Source: Minisyncoccota bacterium
Lineage (GTDB): Bacteria > Patescibacteriota > Minisyncoccia > Phycocordibacterales > UBA9973
Assembly: GCA_039915165.1 (NCBI GenBank)
Contig: JBDSNU010000007.1
Location: 113,812 to 177,811 of the forward strand
Direction: 5' to 3'
DNA: 64,000 bases
The position numbers were made by a program, and so were the translations under genes. The notes beneath the pieces were generated by a model that worked only from the letters and a program-made list of their open reading frames with translations, searched no databases and had not been told where the DNA came from. Shown in pieces: positions 8,567 to 16,805 of the stretch. The stretch's first letter is position 1, and each line of letters starts with the position of its first letter.

Positions 8567-11500
8567 TTAGCTGCGTTTTTTGCTGAATACTGCCATTATA
8601 ACTAGTGCGCCAATAGCTAATAGTCCGAGAACTATTACCTTACCGGGACCAAGTGCTGTAACACCAGCAGCGCTGGCACTGAGCCCTTTCAAGGTTACTT
8701 CCGGATCTGACATTATGGTTCCTTCATCTGGAGCAGGAGCAGTAAGTATTGTGGTTGATGTAGTTTTTTTCTTGAGCGGAGTTTTTATGTCTTCCGCATC
8801 AGGCAAAATATCATCACTGGACTCATTATTTACATTTTCTTCTGATCCATCTGTATCAGTAGGAGTAACTGTACTACTTTGCATCGATACTGAAACATTA
8901 TTTCCCGACGAAGTTGCAATGGGAGCAGTTGTTGTGGTTGGAATAATCGTTGAAGTACTACCACCACTCTCAACTTTTAATTGTTTTATTTCTTCCGTAT
9001 TTCCGGCCCTATCGATTGATACAAAATAAACTGTACTACCTACACTTGTTGCAAAAGGCTTATCATATATTTGCCATACAATATTGTCAGTAGAATATTT
9101 TGTATTAAGGATGCCCGCATTATCATCTGTAGCTTTCAATGTAACTAAGCCATCAGCATATGTCGCTGTTGTAATGGGTACGACACTATCTTTTGCTTGC
9201 TTCTCTTCTAGAGATGATGATGCTTCAACAGTACGATCAATGGTGCCGTCATTATTATCATCAATAGTAATACTTGGTGAGCTATTTTCTTTACTTAAGG
9301 TAATCGTACCAAGTGTTTTGTCTGATAATAATGGCACTGCATGATAGTATGTTTGATGCGTTACAATATCAGATTCATCACTGTGCGAAATATACATGTC
9401 ATACAATCCAGCGGATTGTGCCTGCTGGGTTATTTTATATTTTGGACCAGTAGGTAAAAATACAAATTTTTCATCATCAATAACATCATACTGCACATTA
9501 GGAATTCCATACTCTATTCCTCCATCAATAGTTGGTCCAGTATGTCTACCTAATTCATCGTACACATTAAGCATAACTGGACTGTGCACATCAATAGTAT
9601 CCCCAGCCAAATTACATTGAGTCGACATAGTTGATATATCATTATTGGTAGTAGGCGCCTTGCCATCAAGTATTTGTACTATTGTGTCTTGAATTACAGG
9701 CAGTGATGCCACTGTGCCGTGCGAACCTGCGTGGACATAATAATTGTGAGCACCATTTTCAGCGACCGCGCTACTAACAGGAACTACGCCATCACCTGAA
9801 CCGTATAATAATCTATGCTCAGGGATTAACTTAAATCCAGTTAATGTTAAAGATTGTTCTTTTGTTAACGTAAAACCAGTAATTGTTTTTGTATTACCAC
9901 ATCCAGCAAAATCATACTTATCAAATGTCGAAGTCATTGTATCAATTTTGTCATGAAGTTGGTGGGCAAATGAAAACATGTTGTCATTTCTCCCATCCGC
10001 GATCATATACTTTTCGATATTGTCCTGACTCATATCATGTATTACTTGCGTTCTATCTTGAATGTAATGACTAACACCATCGATATATTTTTTGCTCGGT
10101 AAAAGTTCATACACTGAGGGCATATTTTGTGTAATAGTTTTCACTCGCTGCTCATTTAGTACGGGGACTTGTAATAACGAACCGAGAGAAAATCTAAAGC
10201 CCATATCATCACCATACATCAATGTTTTGAATGTTTTCGGAGCGCCGAGATGTGGCACTGCGATATAAAATAGATGATCAAGCGGTGCGGTTGGGTTTTC
10301 AGAAATATACTCTTTCACTAATAATCCGCCCATACTATGCGCAATGATGGTTACCTTTTTCTTCCCGCTCTTCAGTAATGCTTTTGCGATCATGTCTTTC
10401 AACAAGGATTGATTAACTGTATTACTTAGTCGCCAGTCATAGGGAAAGACAAATAAGTTAGCACCTTCGATATATCCTTTTGTATGTAAGGCATTTATCA
10501 TACTATTAAATATATCTACCGATGATGCTGAGCGAACAATGTCGCCTACTACCATTGGGCGCACTGTACTTGGAATACCGGTTTGTAATAACTCTAGATC
10601 ATTTAAATAACTATCTGTCGGACTTAGTGCAAGCTTAGCAATATTGGGCCATAACTCACTCTTATCTCCATAGTCTTTTGTTAAGATCGAACCGGTTATT
10701 CCTGGAACTATAATTATAGGATTTTGATCAGCTGTCGGAGGAGTAACAACGGGAGCCTCTGTTGTTGTCGGCTCATCTTTCATCCCTAACCATGGTTTAT
10801 AGATAACCTCAGTAGTGTTTTTTGTAATAATTGAATCACCTTTTCCCCCACTATTACTTTTAATGGTTGGCCCTGAATCACTGCCCCAGCCGTTATTTTT
10901 TATAACTGCTTTTACCATATCGATAACTGATACCCCTATAGTATTTCCATGAAAATAATTGTTGGTAATATTTTTAATTACAGGATTATTTAGTACGAGT
11001 GCAATTTTACTCGTAGTGAAATCAGAATTCGTAATAGTCAGATCACCTTGCTGCTCTGCAATAATAGCTGTTCCCGAAATATCTTTAAAATTACTGTGAG
11101 TAACACTTACCCCGGAAGCGGTTGCCTTAATAGCACTGCATAGATTGTGGAAATTGGTATATTTAATTTTACTATCAGCATTTGCTGCAAGAATGATAGA
11201 TGACATGTTGAGTGGACAAGTGCCATCTCCATAAACATTTACTGGTGATGCCTCCGTACCATTCACCACCAATGTGCCTCCTTGAGCTACATTAATACTA
11301 AACCCATCTTGAATAAAAACAGTAATACCATAATCTATAGTCAGCGTACCGCCATTCAATACCGTAATACCAAACACATAATATTCTCCATCGCGGGAAT
11401 TAAAATGGTAATTTTGACCTTGTAAAATATCACCACCATAATTCCACCCTTTAAACCCTTTCCCTAAAAACGTTGTGCCTGAATGTGTAAATGTGCCGTA

Positions 11501-12148
11501 AACATCAATCTGTGCTGGAAATGCCGTATCAAGAAAAGTACTGTCAGTTAATGTCACCTTTCCGCGAGTATTGGTCATACCAGTATTACAATTTGTAAAC
11601 ATCATATGGGAGGCATCAAGCACCACATCGCGGTCAACAGTTATTCCTGTCGCTGCATCTTTTATTTCTACGTATGACAAAGATCCAGAAGAGTTAGCCA
11701 TAAAGGTTATACCTCCATGTTTATTGTTTGTTACTGTTTTTTCAACAGACATTGAAACGCTCATGGGAACAACTTCGGGAGTTTGTATATTTTCCTCTTT
11801 TATTGGTTCGCTGTTATTAATCTCTTGCGTTAAAGTTTTTGCGGCTGATTCTTCATCTTTAGAAATAACTATATGGTTTTTTGTTGTACCTTTTGCGATT
11901 AATTTTCCATAGACCACTAGTCGTCCATTTTGTGCAAAAAATAATTGTGTTCCGGCAGGTATGATTAGCGTGGCTCCTACACTGACAAAAACATCACCCT
12001 TCACGGTATACGTAACATCGGCATCTAAAGTAGTTTCTGTTCGCCCTGGTTTTAATTCCTCGGCATAGACTTTTATAGTACTAAAAATAAAACTGGCAAT
12101 GAGAACGGTTATGGTAATAAAAAATGTTTTTTGGAATGGTAATTTCAT
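8567..12148 (-). CDS. Giant secreted surface protein with parallel beta-helix repeats, an alpha/beta-hydrolase (lipase/esterase) domain, a Ser/Thr-rich linker and a C-terminal TM anchor.
   Basis: A signal peptide is present (MKLPFQKTFFITITVLIASFIFS...YA). PbH1-like repeats are seen (NITNNYFHGNTIGVSV). The lipase nucleophile elbow is IIAHSMGGLLV. The C-terminus is GPGKVIVLGLLAIGALVIMAVFSKKRS. Confidence 0.6.
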   Translation of the reverse strand: MKLPFQKTFFITITVLIASFIFSTIKVYAEELKPGRTETTLDADVTYTVKGDVFVSVGATLIIPAGTQLFFAQNGRLVVYGKLIAKGTTKNHIVISKDEESAAKTLTQEINNSEPIKEENIQTPEVVPMSVSMSVEKTVTNNKHGGITFMANSSGSLSYVEIKDAATGITVDRDVVLDASHMMFTNCNTGMTNTRGKVTLTDSTFLDTAFPAQIDVYGTFTHSGTTFLGKGFKGWNYGGDILQGQNYHFNSRDGEYYVFGITVLNGGTLTIDYGITVFIQDGFSINVAQGGTLVVNGTEASPVNVYGDGTCPLNMSSIILAANADSKIKYTNFHNLCSAIKATASGVSVTHSNFKDISGTAIIAEQQGDLTITNSDFTTSKIALVLNNPVIKNITNNYFHGNTIGVSVIDMVKAVIKNNGWGSDSGPTIKSNSGGKGDSIITKNTTEVIYKPWLGMKDEPTTTEAPVVTPPTADQNPIIIVPGITGSILTKDYGDKSELWPNIAKLALSPTDSYLNDLELLQTGIPSTVRPMVVGDIVRSASSVDIFNSMINALHTKGYIEGANLFVFPYDWRLSNTVNQSLLKDMIAKALLKSGKKKVTIIAHSMGGLLVKEYISENPTAPLDHLFYIAVPHLGAPKTFKTLMYGDDMGFRFSLGSLLQVPVLNEQRVKTITQNMPSVYELLPSKKYIDGVSHYIQDRTQVIHDMSQDNIEKYMIADGRNDNMFSFAHQLHDKIDTMTSTFDKYDFAGCGNTKTITGFTLTKEQSLTLTGFKLIPEHRLLYGSGDGVVPVSSAVAENGAHNYYVHAGSHGTVASLPVIQDTIVQILDGKAPTTNNDISTMSTQCNLAGDTIDVHSPVMLNVYDELGRHTGPTIDGGIEYGIPNVQYDVIDDEKFVFLPTGPKYKITQQAQSAGLYDMYISHSDESDIVTHQTYYHAVPLLSDKTLGTITLSKENSSPSITIDDNNDGTIDRTVEASSSLEEKQAKDSVVPITTATYADGLVTLKATDDNAGILNTKYSTDNIVWQIYDKPFATSVGSTVYFVSIDRAGNTEEIKQLKVESGGSTSTIIPTTTTAPIATSSGNNVSVSMQSSTVTPTDTDGSEENVNNESSDDILPDAEDIKTPLKKKTTSTTILTAPAPDEGTIMSDPEVTLKGLSASAAGVTALGPGKVIVLGLLAIGALVIMAVFSKKRS

Positions 12149-12214
12149 TCCAAAAATATACCAATTACCCCTTCAATAAAAATTGAAGGGGTAATAAATT
12201 ATTTCTCAGTTATT

Positions 12215-13069
12215 CTACTGTGGGAAATATCTCAATATCCAAGAACTTCCTGGTATCAATGGGAAGATATCATGTCCTGTTCGGCGCAAAAGATATGGTG
12301 GGATTTGGCTGAATGGGATGGTTTGTATTGTAGAAGCTGCCGGTACTGCCGTTGCAACAGCAGACGTACGGAAGACACTGAAGCTTGTGCCGTCTGCATT
12401 GATGGCAGAAGGTACTGCTAATGCAACGGTGGTATTTCCTGTATCAAGTAAATTAATCATTTGAGGATTCATTTGTGATATTGCTAGACGTTGACCATTT
12501 TGTACCGCAGTCGCTCCAGTAAACGGTACTGGTGTGAACCCTGACAAAGGAGCAAGTACTCCATTTACCTGTGCTCTCTCTTGAATCCATTCAGCGGAAG
12601 AATGTAAAGAATGATATTGAACAGTTTTTGCAAATTGTTGTTTGGTAGTGTTATTGGTAATGACAATATTCCAGATGTCGGCTGAAGTTTCAATGATAGC
12701 AACACTGATGGAGTCTTTGGGGTGAACAGCGAGATTCACTGGCGTTGAGTCTTCTGGTAGAAGTTCATACCACGCTTGATACGTAGCGCCATCACTGTTA
12801 GCAATTTCATAAACGCCGGCTTGAATCAAGTCTGCACTACCCCTACCACCAATACCCACCCATGTCGCATTTGAAGCCAAGGTAGTTGAGTATGAAAGTT
12901 CTGGCATGACAAATGTCCCACTCACCCCTGTATATGTTCCCTGCTCAACTGCATATCCACTCCAGTTAGTTGATGCATTTAAAGAAACGTCGGCATAGGC
13001 TTTTGGTATTACCAGAAAAGATAGTGAAAATATAACGGCTATCAATGCTGCTTTTATAGATTTATTCAT
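12215..13069 (-). CDS. Secreted peptidase G1 (eqolisin, glutamic peptidase) family protein.
   Basis: A signal peptide is present. The protein aligns to scytalidoglutamic peptidase: TNWSGYAV against SNWAGAV, WVGIGG...LIQAGV against WVGIDG...ILQTGV (catalytic Gln), YQAWYELLPE against YDAWYEWYPD, and SAEWIQE against NAEWIVE (catalytic Glu). Confidence 0.75.
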   Translation of the reverse strand: MNKSIKAALIAVIFSLSFLVIPKAYADVSLNASTNWSGYAVEQGTYTGVSGTFVMPELSYSTTLASNATWVGIGGRGSADLIQAGVYEIANSDGATYQAWYELLPEDSTPVNLAVHPKDSISVAIIETSADIWNIVITNNTTKQQFAKTVQYHSLHSSAEWIQERAQVNGVLAPLSGFTPVPFTGATAVQNGQRLAISQMNPQMINLLDTGNTTVALAVPSAINADGTSFSVFRTSAVATAVPAASTIQTIPFSQIPPYLLRRTGHDIFPLIPGSSWILRYFPQ

Positions 13070-13105
13070 ACTAATATATACGTTTCAAAGTTAATAATTG
13101 TTGCA

Positions 13106-14482
13106 TTAGGCAAGTACACTAGCGATGCGTGCAAGGGTCATCTCTTTTCCTAAAATACTAGCAACTTCAAATGGATCCGGTGATTTTTCTTTTCCTGTAA
13201 GCGCAACACGAAGTGGCCATAATACATTTCCCTTTCCTTCTTCATCGGCATATTCAATCACCGCAGCTTTTATACTGTCGTAATTCCATTCTGCTTCAGA
13301 TACTGGCGCCAATAAGTTACCAACGCGAGCAAGGTACTGTTTTGTTTTGATCAACCCATCAGTGTCTTCTTTCAATGTTTTCCATACCAACATTTTTTCA
13401 TCAACGAGAGGTTGTTTGAAGAAGTAATCAAACTCCCCTTCGACAGAATCAGGGCCTTCGGCATTTCCTAATAACATTTTTATATCCGAGAATTTTTCGA
13501 TGCGATCGCGAAGCAATTGTTCAATCTTTTTTAGCATTTCATGACTAGGGACAGTATCTTCGATCCATGATGGTAACCATGCATGTGCATGATCCCAAAA
13601 TGTTTTTTGATCAAACTGTTTAATATATTCACGATTAAACCAGTCTAACTTTTCAGGATTAAACATTGCGGGAGATTTTTGTACCTTACTGAGATCAAAT
13701 ATTTCAATCAACTCATCCTTGGTAAATAATTCTTGTTCAGTGCCGGGATTCCAGCCAACCATGGCAACCATGTTAAACAGTGCTTCGGGTAGATATCCTA
13801 AGTCTCGGTATTCTGTAAGTGCTAGTGCCCCTTTACGCTTTGAGAGTTTTTGTTTGTCTGATCCTAATACCAAAGGAAGGTGTGCGTATACGGGAGTCGG
13901 CGCACCAATAGCCTTTTGAATGAGTATTTGACGAGGTGTATTTGAAACATGATCCTCACCGCGAACTACATGAGTAACACCAGCATCAAAGTCATCAACG
14001 ACAACAGCAAGATGAAAAAGCGGTTCACGAATATTTTTTGCAATAACAAAATCGCCAAGGTCTTCAGTGTTCATAGTTATATTACCCTTTATTTCATCAA
14101 AGAATGTTACATTTCCATTTGGGTTTTTGAAACGTACAATTTCTTTAATTACACCCGAACCATCCTTTGCTTCTTCTTTTGAAATGTATGCAGATCCATC
14201 TTCAATCATTTTTTCGAGCACCGCTTGATGACGTTCAACATTTTCTGACTGACGAATAAATACATCATGCTCAAGACCCATCCATTCCAGACTTTCCATA
14301 ATATTTTCTTCGTACTCTTTTTTTGAACGCTCCTTGTCCGTATCTTCGATGCGTAATACAAATGTACCCTTATGTTTACGTGCATAAAGGTATGAGAATA
14401 TTGCTGTTCGGTATGCACCTGAGTGTAATTTCCCTGTCGGACTTGGTGCAAATCTTGTTACTACCTTTTTAGTATTTTCCAT
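13106..14482 (-). CDS. gltX: Glutamyl-tRNA synthetase.
   Basis: RFAPSPTGKLHSGA (HIGH-type) and KLSKRKGA (KMSKS) are present, at a length of 458 aa. Confidence 0.9.
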   Translation of the reverse strand: MENTKKVVTRFAPSPTGKLHSGAYRTAIFSYLYARKHKGTFVLRIEDTDKERSKKEYEENIMESLEWMGLEHDVFIRQSENVERHQAVLEKMIEDGSAYISKEEAKDGSGVIKEIVRFKNPNGNVTFFDEIKGNITMNTEDLGDFVIAKNIREPLFHLAVVVDDFDAGVTHVVRGEDHVSNTPRQILIQKAIGAPTPVYAHLPLVLGSDKQKLSKRKGALALTEYRDLGYLPEALFNMVAMVGWNPGTEQELFTKDELIEIFDLSKVQKSPAMFNPEKLDWFNREYIKQFDQKTFWDHAHAWLPSWIEDTVPSHEMLKKIEQLLRDRIEKFSDIKMLLGNAEGPDSVEGEFDYFFKQPLVDEKMLVWKTLKEDTDGLIKTKQYLARVGNLLAPVSEAEWNYDSIKAAVIEYADEEGKGNVLWPLRVALTGKEKSPDPFEVASILGKEMTLARIASVLA

Positions 14483-14564
14483 ATCCTCATCATAGCAAAA
14501 TATCGCTTTATTGACAAAAATACTTAAAGTTATATAGTTATAAAAACCCTTAAATCAAAAATGT

Positions 14565-14879
14565 ATGATAGTTGAATTACTTGTACTTAGCATGTTCGGA
14601 GTAGCAATGTTAGGATCTTCATTATTTTATTTTTTCAAAGTATCACGCACGAGTACTGCATACGGTGCATACTTGCAAAAGAATACCGCTGAACTGTGGA
14701 TCTTCGCAATTGTCACAATACTCGGTGCAGCCAGTTTCCTTTTTTTGTTCTATGCAATAAAAATTTTCGATACAAAGAGCGATCCTACTCAGGTATTGCA
14801 GCCTATGATTATCATCTATGCTCTGGTTTACATGATTGATTATTTGATTGCAGCAACTCGGTATACGAAAATTACATAA
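14565..14879 (+). CDS. Hypothetical integral membrane protein (3 TM).
   Basis: Hydrophobic segments, followed by a terminator. Confidence 0.4.
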   Translation: MIVELLVLSMFGVAMLGSSLFYFFKVSRTSTAYGAYLQKNTAELWIFAIVTILGAASFLFLFYAIKIFDTKSDPTQVLQPMIIIYALVYMIDYLIAATRYTKIT

Positions 14880-14881
14880 AT

Positions 14882-14926
14882 AAAATGCCCACACAATTTA
14901 TAATTGTATGGGCATTTTTTATTTTT
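14882..14926. terminator. Bidirectional intrinsic terminator.
   Basis: Stem aaaatgccca / tgggcatttt with an inner acaat/attgt stem. It lies between the convergent genes. Confidence 0.55.
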
Positions 14927-15746
14927 ATATACTGAGATCTCTTCCTCTACTCCATTCATACATCACCACTGATGTTGCAACCGAAGCGTTCAAGGATTCA
15001 CAGTTTGGATTCATAGGGATAGTTAATCCTATATCACATAACTCTAATGTTTTTTCACGAATACCTGTTGACTCATTGCCAACAATAAACAATGTAGCAG
15101 TATCAAACACTGCCTTACTGAGTTGAGTATCACCATTCATTACCAATCCATAACTCCACATATGCTTTTCTTTGAGCATGCGTACTGTTTGATTTACATT
15201 GCCAATTTTCACAATTGGAATACGGAATACCATACCAGCAGAAGTTTTGATCACCGTACCAGTGATTAGTGATTGGTTGTGTTCGGGCATCAACACAGCA
15301 TGTGCACCGAAAGCTGCAGCTGAACGAATGATCGCACCAACATTATGTGGATCATGTAGCTCATCAAGCAAAACGAAGCATAGATTTTCAGGATGTTCAC
15401 CGTCAAACAGTTTCACTACATCATCAAGAGGTGTGTACAATTTCTCTGGATTGATAACAGCGATCACACCTTGGTGCACAGCATCACTTGCAACAGGACC
15501 AGTGCTACCCTGCTTCATTGGCGTAAATACAATATTGTTAGCATTCAATAGTGAGATGAGTTCTTTATCTTGTTCGGCATTCACATCCAAAAAAACCTTT
15601 TGTACTGAAGCCGGTTTTGCTAATAACGCTTCTCGCAACGCATGCTTGCCGTATAAATAAATTTTGTCATCTGTCGGTCTTGATTTCATTACCTGCATAC
15701 TACAACACAAAATGGATTTCGTAAATACAATACTTTGACATTTCAA
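14925..15746 (-). CDS. rlmB: TrmH/SpoU family RNA 2'-O-methyltransferase (RlmB-like). The probable start is the internal Met at about 15698.
   Basis: Motifs LDELHDPHNVGAIIRSA, LFIVGNESTGI and NPNCESLNASVATSVVMYEW are present. Confidence 0.8.
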   Translation of the reverse strand: MKCQSIVFTKSILCCSMQVMKSRPTDDKIYLYGKHALREALLAKPASVQKVFLDVNAEQDKELISLLNANNIVFTPMKQGSTGPVASDAVHQGVIAVINPEKLYTPLDDVVKLFDGEHPENLCFVLLDELHDPHNVGAIIRSAAAFGAHAVLMPEHNQSLITGTVIKTSAGMVFRIPIVKIGNVNQTVRMLKEKHMWSYGLVMNGDTQLSKAVFDTATLFIVGNESTGIREKTLELCDIGLTIPMNPNCESLNASVATSVVMYEWSRGRDLSI

Positions 15747-15792
15747 ATAAAAAGACTATCATTGTTGAAATTAACAAAATAAATATATTTCT

Positions 15793-16137
15793 ATGAACAA
15801 GCACATTTGCAAGAACTTTGTAGTAACCTGTATGGATTTCCGAATCCAAGCAACCGTTGAAGCATTACTGGAAAATCTCGGTATTGAAAAAGGCACATAC
15901 GACCGAACAAGTTTCGCCGGAGGTGCAGCTGATACAGAAAATTTGAAAAAACACTTAGAACTTTCAAAGCGTTTACACGAATCATCACATGCAATCCTTA
16001 CTATCCACGAAGACTGTGGTGCCGGAGCAAAAGAAGCAGACCTACTTACCGCAAAAACTATCGCGGATGAACTTGGGTTCACCTCACAACTATTTACTAT
16101 CAAGCTTGATGGTACATGGGAAGAAGTTCAGGGATAA
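15793..16137 (+). CDS. Small protein (114 aa) with beta-carbonic-anhydrase-like Zn-ligand motifs.
   Basis: CMDFR (CxDxR) and IHEDCG (HxxC) are separated by about 50 aa, as in beta-CA. The protein is far shorter than canonical beta-CA. Confidence 0.35.
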   Translation: MNKHICKNFVVTCMDFRIQATVEALLENLGIEKGTYDRTSFAGGAADTENLKKHLELSKRLHESSHAILTIHEDCGAGAKEADLLTAKTIADELGFTSQLFTIKLDGTWEEVQG

Positions 16138-16247
16138 ATCTTTGAACGATAAAAGGCCATTGAGATATCAGTGGCTTTTTTTATTTCTTAATTCCATTAT
16201 TTGTTGCAATATCAAAACTGAGTGGTATAGTACACAAAATCATATAG

Positions 16248-16391
16248 CAATGGGAAACTCAAAAAAGAACATTCCAAAAAATGAGAATAGCAAAACTATT
16301 ACTCAAAACACTCACTTCAAACAACAAAGTAAATACCCACGCCAGAATATTGGCCCCGCCGCTCGCCCTAGCAGAGCCACGCATGGGTAAT
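16248..16391 (+). CDS. Possible 47-aa basic small protein (MGNSKKNIPKN...RATHG), followed by its own terminator.
   Basis: ATG-initiated ORF ending just before the hairpin terminator at 16403-16432. Composition is low-complexity and no homology was recognised. Confidence 0.2.
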
Positions 16392-16402
16392 GAGTAAAGA
16401 AT

Positions 16403-16432
16403 AAAACCGACAGCATCAAGCTGTCGGTTTTT
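16403..16432 (+). terminator. Intrinsic terminator.
   Basis: Stem aaaaccgacagc-atcaa-gctgtcggtttt. Confidence 0.55.
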
Positions 16433-16597
16433 ATGTATAAGGTGCAACGGAAAGGAATTTTTCCCTCGACTAAACATTCTGCAAAATGTTTGTCTGGGCA
16501 CCCTCTCACCTATTTTTCTGCTGAAAAATTATGGCTCCGACGTTCAAGTCCTTAGTAAAGACATATGCAGGTTTAGTTACAGTGCGACTGTTGAATA

Positions 16598-16663
16598 CCC
16601 GACGCACAAAAGACAAAATCCCCATACACATGTGTATGGGGATTTTGTCTTTTGTGCGTCGGG
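16598..16663. repeat. 66-nt perfect palindrome (33-bp arms, no loop) overlapping the 3' acceptor end of tRNA-Tyr.
   Basis: cccgacgcacaaaagacaaaatccccatacaca followed by its exact reverse complement. Confidence 0.9.
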
Positions 16664-16737
16664 AAGGATTTGAACCTTCGTAGCCCGAAGGCGACAGATT
16701 TACAGTCTGTTGTAATTGACCGCTCTACCACCGACGC
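16655..16737 (-). tRNA. tRNA-Tyr (GTA anticodon), long variable arm, CCA not encoded.
   Basis: Acceptor stem GCGTCGG/CCGACGC. Anticodon arm ACAGA-CTGTAAA-TCTGT. T arm GAAGG-TTCAAAT-CCTTC. Variable stem GCC-TTCG-GGC. Confidence 0.8.
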
Positions 16738-16769
16738 ATGTCTCAGTCCAGTGAAGGACTGCGGATATT

Positions 16770-16800
16770 CTACACTAAAAATTGAAAATTCAAAGTGTAG
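16770..16800 (-). terminator. Hairpin downstream of clpB.
   Basis: tctacact...agtgtaga 8-bp stem with an A/T-rich loop. Confidence 0.35.
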
Positions 16801-16805
16801 AGGAT

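Noticed and set aside
16259-16509. Minus-strand 65-80 aa ORFs in the 16.2-16.5 kb spacer.
   Set aside because: They overlap each other and the plus-strand small ORF and terminator. They have no RBS or start context and no homology features.
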